From Chiloscyllium plagiosum (taxonomy: Eukaryota), in assembly GCF_004010195.1 (NCBI RefSeq), contig NC_057719.1, positions 61,023,365 through 61,087,364 of the forward strand: DNA of 64,000 nucleotides, written 5' to 3'. Below the pieces are notes generated by a model, which saw nothing but the letters and a program-made list of their open reading frames with translations, was not told the origin of the DNA and did not search any database. A program made the position numbers and the translations under genes. This document shows positions 10,784 through 24,469 of the stretch, one piece after another (position 1 is the stretch's first letter; each line of letters begins with the position of its first letter).

Positions 10784-13223
10784 GTTACAATCACCAGCAC
10801 GTCTAACCAGATTAATGTTTTGTGAAAGAGTGGAAAGGAGGATTAGTGGGCATACTGTAGACCACCAACAAGCTGCAGATAGTTTATTCTGCAAACCTGC
10901 AGCAGACAGCATGTACCAAACTCTTGACCTCTATAGATGCATGGTTTGTTCCTTCATTGTTGGTCAAAAACCTGGAGCATTCTAACAGCATGATGATTGC
11001 ATGTACATTAAATGAATGGCAGCAACAGTTCAAAGGCACTGCTATCCATCACCTTTTCAAGGTCAATTTGGAATGACAGTGATGCTTGTTTTCCTGAAAA
11101 AAAAATGAAGTGAGAAAACACAATTCAATCAATCTTTTCTGATCCTTGTTATTCCTCATTTTAATCCATACTGATTCTACTCAGTGATCGTATGAACCAC
11201 GATTCTTTCTAATACTTATTAGGGCTTTATTGAGAGGGCTAGTTTTCCTACTATTTTCCTCCTTATCTATTGTCCTTCTATCCTGGAAAGTTTATTTTGC
11301 ACCCTTAGTTGCTTTGCAACCATGGTGATTATGGAAGAGTTTCATATTGGAGCCAATGCCTCATAAAATGTCCTACTCAACAATTTGAGTCATCCATTTG
11401 GTTTTCGAAAGTACTTGACCCTATGCCAAATAGAATGTGTTTTTAAAAAAAAATCCAGCGTTTATTAACTTTGATCCCAGCATAGATCTACTGATAGGAT
11501 AGTGGTTAGTGCAGCAGCAAAGTCAGGAGTTGCATGCTAGGACCATGTAGAAGCTTGACAAACCTGATGATTTGGGGAATTGCTCATGAAGTTTAAATTG
11601 CTGATGACCATTTACCTAGCTTCTGGAGTCCACTGGAAAATGTCTCCAGTGCTGACTTAGTGTTGGACTCTTTTACTGGTTCTGATTTAATTACTTTAAT
11701 GGTTTAGAAAAGTTAATTTCAAACTCCATGCTAACACTGGTCTACTTAAAATAGCTTAGCAGCCACAAAAATAGAACAACAAAAAGAGGTGCACCTTTTC
11801 CTTCCTCTGCACCAAATTACATCTTTTATCAGTTTATCACTTTGTTTATGAGGCATCAGTTCTCTGATCATTCTATATTCCCCTGTCTCCTAAACTGTTG
11901 TTAGCCACAAATTTAGAAATTGTCATTTTCATTCCAAAGTCTAAAAAATTGATTCAAATTGAACAATATTGGTCACAGCACTGATCCTTGTGGAGTTCAG
12001 TTTTCACCTTTTGCCACTCTGGATAGTTACTTTTTAGCCCACACTTTTTGCTTGGAAAAGATTCAACTCCCGCATTTAATCCACCAGACTTTACCCAAAC
12101 CTACTTGGCTGTCATTTTGTATTATCTTCCTTCTCCACACAGACCAATATAAAAGATTGCAAGCAACATGCCTAATTTCTGCTCAATTTGGACCATCCAA
12201 TGTGGAAGGATGGAGGCAGCATTCTAATGCTTGGTTCAGTTGGGATAACTGATCGGTTGCATAATACAATTGGAAAGAAAAATATAAGGAGCAGATATGC
12301 ATGCTCTAGTTAGATAACTGCCAGGCTCGTGTTTCTAATGGGGAAGGAGGCATGGCAGGTCCAATAATCTTGCATGTGATGGAGAACCCTTGTTTCAGTT
12401 CAGATGCAGGGTATTTGGTTCTCATTGCTCTCTTGATCATCCATTGTCCATCCACCACCTGTTTGACATTATGAGGTCTCAGCCACGTTTTTCATCAGCA
12501 TTTTCTATCTTTACTTTTGTTAATTAAAGCATGTTCATACAAGCTTTCTTCTCTTCCACTTTTAAAAGAAAACAGAAATTTACCTTTGAAAGACAAGAAA
12601 TCATGAAAGGATTGCATAATTTCTTGAAAATACATCTCTGATTTGTATGGCACCTCCACATCATGATCTGTATGAGAGTATTATAATGGAATATGTACTC
12701 TTTAGTGTACTATTCTGAGTTTGATAACTTTAAGCATTGTTTAGTACTTCAAATTCCAGAAGGAATCTAATCTAATCTAAGTACCATACCTAAGTTTAAG
12801 TTTATACACAGGACAAAAAATCTAAGCCTCAAAAAATTCTTACTGTGTATTTCACACAATACATTGACAACTAAAACAAAATTCATCTCTTACATTTCTA
12901 ACATATATTTTGGTAAAAACAAAAAGATCTTAAATATTCACAACATAAAGAAACATACTACCATGAAGGCTGATGCACAAATAGTATACTGGAAAATTCC
13001 ACCAATATATACAAATGTAAACGTTGAGAGTAACTATTTGGAATTTTATAGTTGATGTCAAAAAGCTTTCGACAAAGGTTGAGATATTAGGAAAAACTGA
13101 TGATTGCAAAAGAACTAAACATAAAGCAAACATACTTCTGTAACGAGAGACCACCATATTTACAGTTGTAGTACAGTAGTAGGAAGTCAGTTCTACTGTT
13201 CTAATCTGAAATAATTTTCTTAC

Positions 13224-13468
13224 CTTTCACAGATGTGTTAGGTGGGGGACCCTCCATTCTCAAATTCCAGGGGGGGTCACCTAGATTTGCAAAGTCCCTC
13301 ATTTTCAAGTAACTAATGGTGAGGCGAATTATTGATGCTTTATCTAATTGGCTTGTGATGGCTGCAGGGAGAGGCAATAATTTTGCCAACTCATAGAACT
13401 CAAAGTTTTCTTTTCCACGGCGTGATCGAGCAGCATCTCGAGATTTCTCCTTTCGCAAGGCTTGTAAA
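13224..13468 (-). CDS. NPAS3: Internal coding exon (bHLH domain) of neuronal PAS domain protein 3
   Basis: Translates [81 protein letters not shown], which I recognise as NPAS3 rather than NPAS1, SIM or HIF. Acceptor TTTTTTTTCTTGTAG| at 13469, donor AAG|GTAAGA at 13223. 245 bp, phase 2 in, phase 1 out. Confidence 0.96.
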
Positions 13469-14529
13469 CTACAAGAAAAAAAATAGTTCAGTGCAGCAGT
13501 AGTAAAATTAAAATTTGAATAGTTTTATAATTGTTAAAAAGTGTACATTTAGGCCAAATGCAAATTAAACAGTTTGTTCAGTATTGTTCCCATTGATCAC
13601 TAAACCTTTTCATAACTAAGAGATATTCTATGAATATAGTTTACATTTTGAAATTGTTCGAGGAAACAAAATTATTTTCAGATAAAGTAAGATGCAAAAC
13701 GAGGTGTCAAGGCTAAGGTACATTGCTGCTTCAATAAAATATGAGACATTAGGATATAGATTTGCTTTCATAATTCCAGTAGCAGCAACTTGCTAATCCC
13801 AATCCTATTACGATGCACTCAGTTGAAAGTTTGGTCTTTGCCACAGGAAAATTGAAGAACAAGAGAAATTCAAATAGTTCTGCTTTACAATATTTTCAGT
13901 TACCTTTAGAAAAATGCATGACATGGGGAATTCAAAGAAATTTAAAGCAAATTGAAAAGAGAATGGTTTCACTTTGAAAGAAACACTTGAACTGACATAT
14001 AGCATTCAATATCGGTGTAGCAAAATAATTTATACATTGTGATAAACTTTTCTATTCGGATCCCTTTTTCGTGCTAAGCAAGCCAGTGACCGACGACTGA
14101 TTATAATTTTGGGACAGCTAGTTCCAAGAGTTGCCAGGTAGCAATATCTAATTTTGCCAAGCAAAAGGGAAGGAGCTCATGACAAGGTTTACAATTGGTC
14201 ACTCAAATCAGTCAAGAGTTCAAAGGCTGGGAGTAAAGATGAGCAAGACTCCATTCCAGGAGTATTATAGCTAGCTGCACTTCACAATTAACCTTTCCAG
14301 CCTTCATGAAAATAAATGTCTTTAACAGCTTGTTAAGAGTTTGTGCAGAAGAATTGCAGGGGTATGTAGTGTCGTATTATTGCAACACAATTATGTTCAT
14401 TATAGACCTGTAAAGATTTAATTTCAGAATTTTCTTTCTGTGTTGCTGGGAGAAGAATCAAAGATAAAGAATATTAATGTTGTTTTGAAAAATGCTATCA
14501 TTGTAAGATAACTAGATAAAAAATAAAAT

Positions 14530-15146
14530 AGACTAGGTGCTGAAGAAAGCATTTAGCATGCTTGCTGTCATTGTTCAAACCTTTGAAAATAGGAATTGGA
14601 ACGTCATGATGAGGTTGTACAGGATGTTGGTGAGGCCTATTCTGGAGTACTGTGTGCAATTATAGTTGTCCTGCTAAAGGAAAGACACTATTAAATTGGA
14701 AAGGATGCAGAAAAGATTTAGCAGAATGTTGCCCAAAAAGAGGGCTTGAGTTATTAAAATAGACTGAGACTTGGAATGTAGAAGGTTGAGGGGTGACCTT
14801 ATCAAAGTTTATAAGATCATGAGGGACATAGATAAGGTGAATAGCAATGGTCTTCTCCTTAGAATGGGGGAGTTCAAAACAAGGGAGCATATTTTTAAGG
14901 TGAGAGGAGAAAGATTTAAAAAGGACATGAGGAGCAACTTTTGTGAAATGAACTGCCAGAGAAAGTGATGGATGCAAGTACAGTTACAACATATAAAAGA
15001 TAGTTTGATAAGTGAATGAATAGGATAGGTTTGGAGGGATATGGGCCAAACACAGGCAGTGTGTCTAGTTTAATTTGGGAACATGGTCGGTGTAAACTAG
15101 TTGGAATGAAAGGTCTATTTCCATGCCGTATGACTCCATTACTCTA
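14530..15146 (+). mobile_element. CR1 3' fragment
   Basis: RRLRGDLIKVYKIMRDIDKVN ORF2 C-terminus and CR1-type 3' UTR. Confidence 0.88.
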
Positions 15147-16649
15147 ATTCTGTCTGGCAGTCTCAACAGAAAATCAAGCAGTAGGATGGCTCTGTGCTAT
15201 TGGAATTCAGGAATAGGTACTAGGAATTGGTAGACAACTAAGGGTAAAGAATCAGGTTTGAAAAGCCATTCTAAGAGTTTCAAAAATTGTCAGATAACTG
15301 TTGAAGGAAGCTGTGAGACGCTTGGAAAAATCCTCAGAGCATTAATACAGTTGTAAAACTGAAAGTGGCATTTAAAAACTTTTACAAAATATTTGGTGGA
15401 TGGAGTTAAGCAAAATCAGAGCTCAAGGAACAGCAGTGTTAGCTTAGTGAAGATAGTTATTGGTGAAAAGCCAGAGTTATGCTTGTGAATGCATACTGGA
15501 ATGCAGTTTTAGAGGCCAAGTGAACATAGACTCAAGAAAGGAGGGTGGACAGTAAGAACCAAAGCATTTATTGACGTAGTCCACGATGTAGCTTCTTTTG
15601 AGAGGGAGATTCAAATTCAGAATGCAGAAGTGAAATATTGTGATCCCTTGTGATGTTAAAAGAGATTTGATGGCTCACTGTGGTATTAAGATCTGATGGG
15701 GTAGGGTAACTAATGAGAAGAAATCAATGGGCTCTGTCTTGATCACATTTGTTATTTGATGTATGCTATGAGTGTTCAATCACAGTCTATCACCCATACT
15801 TACCATCTTAATTCTGCATGCTATGAAGTATTTGTCCAAATATCATCGATTGTATCACTGTTTAAACATTGTGCAGGATAATTTTTTGTAGTTCAGAACT
15901 GTTGGTGCTTTGTTCTCTTATTGTCCATTGGATATCACACTTTGCTTTAAAAATAAAAGTTACTAGTCCCTGGCCAGACTGTAACATAACGATTGTGGTT
16001 TGATCTGAGATCATTGTGTAATTTGGGAGCTTGTCTGGGATTTGAAATCCCTAGTCAAATATGAGTGCTAGAACTTGATAAGGTTAACATTTATAAGATT
16101 TTCACAGTGAATTTTACTATACATATTGAAAATGAAGTAGCTTTTTCAGCTGCTACAACTTTTCTGGAAAGAGGTTTTTATTCCTGAGTGATTTGCAAGT
16201 TTAACCATGGCTAGGCTAACAGCATTAGAAGAAATTTGGAATTGGAAATAAAAGCAACAGCTAAGAAATCAAAATTAGTTGAGGTTATAACATAACATGT
16301 AGATTTGAAAGAAGAGAGTTTGTGGTCTAAAGAAACTGGCCCAGTCAAATAATAGGATAGAGAATAAAAATAATGTTAGAAAATCAGTTTGTATTCACTT
16401 GCATTCAACAAATGATTTAAATATAAATTACTTAAAGTTTAACAGTAAACCAGTATGGTTAATAGGAATTCTTAAGGAGTCTTTAGAAATAATAGCACCA
16501 ATGAAGGAAATAGGTCTTAAAATTGTGATAATGGTGTACTACCAGGAAATAGCATTATAACAACATTTATAAAGAAATTATTTATAATTTAACAACAGCT
16601 CACAGTCAGGCGAACTTTCCTCTTGGATACACAATTTTTCACTAGAAAC

Positions 16650-16850
16650 AAGTGTCATTGAGCTAGTAATCCAGTATCTCAGATGTTCAGGGAACATCGG
16701 TTCAAGTCTTACCATGCAGATGGTGAAACTTGATGTCAACAAAAAAAATTTGTAATGAAAAGCTAGCCTGATGGCAATCATGTAACCACTGTTAACTGTT
16801 ACAAAATCTCATCTAGTTCTCTAATGTCCTACAGAGTAAGAACTTTTCTG
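16650..16850 (+). mobile_element. Degenerate tRNA-derived SINE (DeuSINE/SacSINE1-like)
   Basis: B-box-like GGTTCAAGTC, and similarity to the reverse complement of 18112-18432 (CATCT..TTC.CTAATGTCCT). Family name is from recall. Confidence 0.5.
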
Positions 16851-18111
16851 TCCTAGAAAGAAATGTTGACGCTTTATTTAAATATCTTCTGGCTCTTTGT
16901 GAAAGATAAAACTAAATTTTCCGTTTTAATCACCCTTAATCAGTGATGGGCAAGAAACACTAGCCTAGCAACATTCATGTTACATGAATGAATCAAAAAA
17001 CTCTTTACCTTATGCCAATAAAATGCTGCACAATTATCAGAGCAGATGAGATAGCCAAAGCTGTCAATCAAACATATTTTTCCTTTGGGATGAGGCTGAT
17101 TTAGTAGACTAATGGATTTCTGGGCTCTCAGCTAAGAATGCATAATGATTCCTGGGGGTGGAGAGGTATATTCTACCATGTTGACATGGGAAGGACCATT
17201 TGAACTTACCTTTTAAATTTACTAGGAGTCCTTGAATAGCCACCCTAATTTCCTGAAGGTTTCAGAGACCTAGGATGTACTTATCTCTGTTATGGTGCTG
17301 GTCATGTCAGGAATGCAGGGTGTGGGCTCATGACCTGAACCAGTCTGCAAATTTAAAAAAATATTCCCCCGACTGAAGCACATGAGAATGGGATCAGGAA
17401 TCCCAGAATTGGGAGTCAAAACTCATCCCCCACTCCCCTCAAACAACACCATTCAAACCACCACCACCACTGTCATTTTTAAAGAACTCCCAACTCATCC
17501 TGAATCAGTGAAAAACCAGTCCAGTACTTCAGAAATCTAAGGGACAATTTCATCTGTCCTTTTTCTCTGCAACTATGTTTACACTTTATAATTTAGACTT
17601 TTTATTTGATTTGCAAAAGTTGGGAAATTAAAGGAGAAAATTAAGCTTCTTTTTTCTTTCACAAAGAGACACTGAAACTATTTAAATGAAGTCTCAAATC
17701 TTTACTGTATAACGTATTTAAATGAATAAAGCTGAAATAATCATCCTTTTTACTGAATATATTAAAAGCTTAAATAGACATTATTATACAGTATGTTATA
17801 AATAAATGCATCAATCATGTACATGTTACTACCTAGTCATAACTTTTAATCTTTTCCAAATAGGAAACATTTGAAGTAAAATGCTTCGGAAATTTCAGGA
17901 CTCTTTTACTTCTTTTCACGAGAAATATCAGTAAAGAAATCTATCGCAGTAGTCATGCATTATGTAGAACGTACTTTTTTGCTCAGATGTAAATTTGCTC
18001 TAGATCACTGACAATGATGCAAACAATAGGTAGAATATTATTGTTGATTAGCCACACAAATATAGATTACAATGTGCTGTATTTGTTATGATCCATGTAG
18101 AGGACAATAAC

Positions 18112-18432
18112 TTTTTAAAATCATGGGACATGAGTGTTGCCAGATAGGTCAGCATTTATTGCGCATCCCTGGCCCCAGTGAAGAGTCAACCACTATGGGT
18201 CTGGAGTTGCATATCAGCCAGACCAGGTAAAGATGGCAGTTTCCTTCCCTAAAGGACATTAGTGAATGAGATGTTTCTTTTCCTGACAATCAGCAATGGT
18301 TTCATAGTCATTGTTTGATTAAAATTTCTAGATTTTTATTGAATTCAACTTACACTATCTGGCATAGCAAGATTCAAACCCAGGTCTCCAGAACATTTCT
18401 GGATCTCTGGGTTGATACCCATTGCCTCCCCA
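18112..18432 (-). mobile_element. tRNA-derived SINE (DeuSINE/SacSINE1-like)
   Basis: Minus strand has a B-box-like GGTTTGAATC, central CTAATGTCCTTTAGGGAAGGAAACTGCCATC, and tail GGGATG...AATAAATGCTG...TCCCATGA. Family name is from recall. Confidence 0.6.
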
Positions 18433-20820
18433 GTTTGAATTTCCTGTATTAAACTGAAAGGATCAAAAGGAATTTAAGAAATTTCTGTAAAAACAAACAA
18501 AAGACATCATTGTCTAAACATCATCCAATAAGCAACTTGAATTCTAAATGGCACAATAAATCCCCTACATAACATTTAAAATGACTGAAAACTCCTCTCC
18601 ATGATTATATCGTATTCTGACCTTGAAGTGGATTCTTCATTCTCCAAGAATCAGTCCAAAACAAATTTCAACTCCCAATGGCTTGCTTTCCTTTTCAACT
18701 AGATAAATTTTAACTTCTAATCACCAAACTCACATTCAAGTTAATGGTTACCTGACGATTACTCTCGAGGCAAATCTTCCAGACTCATGAGAATCTTCAG
18801 AAACTTCAATCAGAGCACAAGCTCACATCCGCATTCAGTGAATTAAAAAACAGAGACTGATTGGCTCAATCGCACTCACTCTCTTTCTCAGATGTTTCCG
18901 AAGGCTGACCAATCAATGAAGTTTGGGATGTTTCAATAAACCTATAACCTGATTCGACAATAGCTTGTTCTGGATACTTACCCTCTCGGTGCCCATCTCC
19001 ACAGTAACTTAAATTCACAAAGGTCTAGCATCTAGATAGAAATAAGTTGCTATCCTGTAGGCCCCAACTTCATTCTCCCTCCATTCTATTCACTGTATGG
19101 ATGAGCCATGAGGGTGGGTGGGTGTCATGAGAACCACAGTGCAGGTGTAGTCTTAAGAAGGTTGAAGGCCAGAGAGTTAAACAGCTTCTAAAAAACAACA
19201 GGAATAAAATTTCAAAGAACAGAGCGCAGGCCTTTCGAACAGCCCAGCTCCAAACGCACTGACCCCTATAACTACCAATTATCTGCTTCCAGATTTGGCG
19301 GGCTGGATTCTGTCCAACTCATACCTCCTGTAGTAAAAAGATGGGACTAAAAGGAATCTTGAAGCCAAGATGGGTGAGCCAAGTCAGATTATTTCTCAGT
19401 TTGAAACTTAGTAGCAGAAATTGAGGCCTAACTGTCTCCCAACATTAGCACACTCATTATTTAGAGATCTGAACATCTTGCACCTTCTTCCCAGTAAATC
19501 AATCTCGACCTTATTGTTGCTATAGCAAACAGACTACCCAAGCATGTCATGAAGCTGAATTCAGAATAGATCATACAACTCCCTTCACTATTCCATTTTA
19601 TCTTAAATTAAACTGCTAATCTCAAACACACCAAACTAAGAAGCTTGATATTTGTAAGAGGACAGAAGTGTCTGCTGCTGGAGGCACTGAGCCTGGAGAA
19701 GAGAGAACTTAATTAGGCAGGATGAACCACTATTTAAAAAAGGTGATAAGTACAAGCCAGGGAACTATGGACCAATGAGCCTGACGTTTGTGGTGGCAAG
19801 TTATTGGTGGGATTCCTGAGGGACAGGATTTACATGTATTTGGAAAGGCAAGGACTGATTAGGAATAGTCAATATGGTTTTGTGCATGGGAAATCATGTC
19901 TCACGAACTTGATTGAGTTTTTTGAAGTAACAAAGAGGATTGATGAGGGCTAAGCGGAGGATGTGATCTTCATGGACTTCAGTATAACATTCGACAAGGT
20001 TCCCCATGGGAAACTAGTTAGCAAGGTTAGCTCTCATGGAATACAGGGAGAACTAGCCATTTAGATACAGAAGGTACAAGACAGAGGGTGGTGGTGGAGA
20101 ATTGTTTTTCAAACTGGAGGCCTGTTACTAATGGAGCGTCACAAGGATCACTGCTTGTCATTTACACAAATGATTTGGATGTGAACAAAGGAGGTACAGT
20201 TTGCAGATGACACCAGAATTGAAAGTATAGTGGACAGTGAAAAAGGTTACCTCAGGATCTTCATCAGATGGGCCAATGGGCTGAGGAGTGGCAGATGAAG
20301 TTTAAATTAGATAAATGCGAGGTGTTGCATGGTGGGAAAGCAAATCAGAGCAGGACTTATATACTTAATGGTAAAGTCCTGGGGAGTGTTGCTGAACAAA
20401 CAAACCTTGGAGTGCAGGTTCATAGCTTCTTTAAAGTGGAGTCGCAGGTAGATAGGATAGTGAAGAAGGCATTTGGTATGCTTACTTTTATTGGTCAGAG
20501 TATTGAGTACAGGAGTTGGGAGGTCATGTTGCAGCTGTACAGGCTGTTGGTTAGGCTACTTTTGGAATATTGCGTGAAAATCTGGTCTGCTTCCTATCAG
20601 AATGATATTGTGAAACTTGAAAGGGTTCAGAGAATATTTACAAGGATGTTACCAGGGTTGGAGGATTTGAGCTATAGGGAGAGGTTGATCAGGCTGGGGC
20701 TGTTCTCCCTGGAGCTGAGGGGTGACCTTATAGAGGTTTATAAAATCATGAGGGGCATGGAGAGGATAAATAGAAAAACTTTTTTCCCTGGGGTGGGCCA
20801 GTCCAGAACTAGAGGACATA

Positions 20821-21665
20821 GAGTCATAGAGATGTACAGCACAGAAACAGACCCTTCGGTCTAACTTGTCCATGCTGACCAGATATCCTAACCCAATCTA
20901 GTCCGGCCCATATCCCTCCAAACACTTCCTATTCATATACTCATTCATATGACTTTTAAATGTTTAATTGTACCAGCCTCAACCACTTCCTCTAGCAGCT
21001 CATTCCACACACGCACCACCCTTAGGTCTCTTTTATATCTTTCCCCTCTCACCCTAAACTTCTGCCCTCTTACCTTTCCTGGAATTAACCCATCTATGTG
21101 ACTATATCTGAAACTTTTTTCCCTTCCTGTAACTGCCTTCCATCACACCCCCTTGCTCTTGTAAATTCCTCACTGCCCCAAACTGTCGCTCCAACTGATT
21201 CATTTGATCTGACAGGATTTGCAACCAATGGCAGTAACACGTAAACTCTCCCTAAACTCCCATATCTGACAAGAAGATTATATCACTCTACTAAGGGCCA
21301 TTTCTGCTCCTTCCAATCTGCAGACCCAGAAAATAGCACCATTTTATTCCTCTACAAAACACTGCTCCTGGCTAACTTAATACTTATGGCTTATATTTTT
21401 AAGTTTAATCAAGAGATATATCTTAATAAAACATATAATCAAGAAAGAACCCACTCTACTCACTCCTGTAGACTTAGAGCAAGGCCATACTTAAAACTAT
21501 TTACTTATCTGTTTCTGTGCTGTGACCTCTCTCAAACAGGTTCCTCCAAGATCAGTTGTGAATTTCACTCTTTATTAATTTTTCCAGATACACTCTGATC
21601 TCCAGCAATACATGAATTCAACAGCAAAGGCAGTAACTGCGCAGGTTCACTGCTGTGTCAGTTCA
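20821..21665 (-). mobile_element. Opposite-strand, internally deleted CR1 nested in the + strand CR1
   Basis: 20821-21070 matches the CR1 3' end at 46628-46925. 21120-21275 resembles the ORF1 N-terminal region at 50000-50180 (AAACTCCCA.ATCTGACAAGAA). The remainder is assumed to be 5' UTR. Confidence 0.6.
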
Positions 21666-21917
21666 CAGTGAAGGGTGAGAGAGGAAAGATATAAAAAATC
21701 CTAAGGGGCAACTTTTTCACACAGAAGGTGGTGTGTGTATGGAATGAGCTGCCAGAAGAAGTGGTGGAGGCTGGCTCAAATGCAACATTTAAAAGGCACC
21801 TGGATGGGTATATGAATGGGAAGAGTTTGGAGGGGTATGGGTTGGGTGCTGGCAAATGGGATTAGATTAGGTTGGGATATCTGGTTGGTCTAGACGAGTT
21901 GGACTAAAGAGTTTGTT

Positions 21918-22100
21918 GAAAAATGTGGTGCTGGAAAAACACAGCAGGCCAGGCAGCATCCGAGGAGCAGGAGAATGAAGAAGGGCTTATGCCTGAAACG
22001 TCGATTCTCCTGCTCCTCGGATGCTGCCTGGCCTGCTGTGTTTTTCCAGCACCACATTTTTCAACTCTGGTCTCCAACATCTGCAATCCTCACTTTCTCC
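21918..22100. mobile_element. Penelope-terminus-derived hairpin insertion
   Basis: Inverted arms. 13-bp TSD TAAAGAGTTTGTT at 21905-21917 and 22101-22113. Confidence 0.88.
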
Positions 22101-24469
22101 TAAAGAGTTTGTTTCCATGCTGTACATCTCTCTGACTCAATGACTCTATGGTAGTGGTGAACCAGAAACTTGCCATCTTTCTGTTTGCATCCAAATTAAA
22201 TTGTGGCCCAAACTGCACCTTCCCACCACTTTGCTAATTGAGGACCTTAGTCAATTCGTGACCAACTAAAGACCTACTCCTGCCTGGGTTGCAATTATTT
22301 CAGTACCACACAGGACAGGAAAGAATCAAACTATCTGACTGGGTAACCAGTGCAATCAAATTGTCAGATGCAGCGGAAGGGGTCCCTCAACTTGCATTTA
22401 TTGGTTCAAGATCAAGGACTGGATATAGGAAATGGTGGAGATAGAGATACCCCTTCCTCACTTCTTTTCAACCCCCTGTAGCATCCCCCTCTCCATGACT
22501 CCATGACTTCCTTAAAACAAAGACTCTTCATAAAGTTGTACCTAACAACCATTATGACCTCCTCCGCAGCACTGCAAGGGTCTGGAGCTGTGGCTTCTGT
22601 TTTACTAGTGGCTTTTGATGTCTGAGGTTTTCTCATCTTGAGTCTTAGACTGATCACCGGCAACCAACTGGCTGGCGGATTGACAGAAGATTTGCTAACT
22701 TCCACAGGCTTCCCTCCTCCAACCTTTCTGGGTTTTAGACTTAGCCTAAAAACAGAAAGATAACACCCATGATAACCATTAAATAACAGGACAGCCTTCA
22801 TTTTAGATGTCTACCAATCTGTTTGTGTTCTGTCTACTACAAAACATGAATTAATATATGGTAAGCAGAAAAAGAACTATGTTACATTAAAATTATTTAC
22901 ATCGTAAAGGATAAATAGCTGCATTGGTTTTCAGATAAAGCAATTTTAGATAGTCAAAGTTCTGAAATCACTTGGTTCAACTCAATACCACAAATTACTG
23001 TCCTTTTTAGTAATTTTAAAATCAATATAATTTCCTTACATTTTTTCAGAATTGATAAGATGTATCTTTTATCAATGTTTCCAATCATACATTAAATGGA
23101 ATCATAAAGATACTACTAATATTAGCATAGGAAACAAAATCCTTAAATAATTGGAATAGACATCAGTGCCTTAAAGTACACTTTGAGTATAGAAAACAGC
23201 AGCTGGGAGTTTTCCACGTCTTAAACTGCTCGCAATGGAAAACAGTCACTAAATCAAGATTTTGATGGAGACAGCCCTTAATTAGCTTGAAGACAGGTTT
23301 CTTGCCATATTAAAGATGGTGGGTAGGATTTCATATCTCAAGGGCCAATTAGGTATTTTCCAGCTGTAAAGAAAACAGCCAGTTGTGTTAGAGGGAAGTC
23401 TCTAGAAGAGAACTTCAACATGGAGTTGGACAAATATGTAAGTAAGAAACAGATTCAGCAGCCAGGTCATCAATACAGAGGAGAATCCAGCGATTGAGTA
23501 GGCTTTAACTGCTAATGCAATTAACTAGTTGTGGATGGGGTGCGGAGTGTCCATAGGCATCAATGGTCTGCCTCCCGGCTGCTGAATTTCTGCCCACATT
23601 GTTCCGAGAAATGAGATTCCCATTGGAAAATTCCAATTGATCTCTTTTCAGTGCCCTTTTCAGGAGCAAGAGTCAATACCTTAAGGGCCTTTCAGGAATT
23701 TGCATGATGGAGAGAGAATGAGTTATCAGAGTAACTATTATTTCATAGGACAGCTTTGCAAATAGCTCAGACTGTAATTGTCAGGTTCCCAATCAAGCCA
23801 CTCTCATAGCACCTGGAACTGTAGAAATCTCAATGTATATATCAAACAGTGAAATTAGGTTCACGGTCAACAGTACTGGAGAACTTCCAGCTGATCTTTT
23901 CATTAATCTTTGTTCACGATGCAAATTTGATGCTGAAGTAGTCCATCAAAGCTAATGGCTACCTTGATCAGATCATTTCTCACTGTATATCATGCAAACT
24001 CATGAAAAGCTTGACTTTAGTTTTGAAAAGTGCCTCGTCTCCTGAGGAAAGTCATCTCCAAAGTTTGAACAACAGATGAACCTAGCTATTTTGCGCTACT
24101 ACAATGCAATGGCAACAGAATATTCACCATATTATTTAAACAAGATTTGACAGTTAACTGTCAATCATCATTACTTGATGCATTTTCCATGGCAATGCCT
24201 TTACCAATCAGACACTGCTTGCCAACCAATCAGCAATCTTCTCTATCAATCTCAATAAGTGATAGTTTTCCCCCTTGAGTTAGTGCTCTTGCAAATTGAC
24301 CTGAAGTCGAGACAAAAAGTTTTGACAAAATGTTTTTTTATCAGTTATAGTTAAGTTCTATAGTTCTAAATATTATGACTTTTGATTCACATTCAAGTAT
24401 CAAGCTCTTGTTGCAGATTGTTCCAAAATGCATGAGCAAAATGCACTAACAACTTTGATGTATAAACAA

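Larger units (their letters stand above)
19730..22150 (+). mobile_element. 5'-truncated CR1 (RT to 3' tail), interrupted by nested insertions at 20821-21665 and 21918-22100
   Basis: ORF 20268-20864 (WQMKFKLDKCEVLH...LERVQRIFTRMLPG...LRGDLIEVYKIM). Sequence stops at AGAGGACATA (20820), resumes near 21670 (GGTGAGAGAGGAAAGA) and ends in a GACTCTAT tail. Confidence 0.88.

Noticed and set aside
13201..13458. Stand-alone 85-aa bHLH gene as given in the ORF track
   Set aside because: The start is a TTG (Leu) inside the exon and the final KKIISD is intron read-through. Canonical splice sites define an internal exon.
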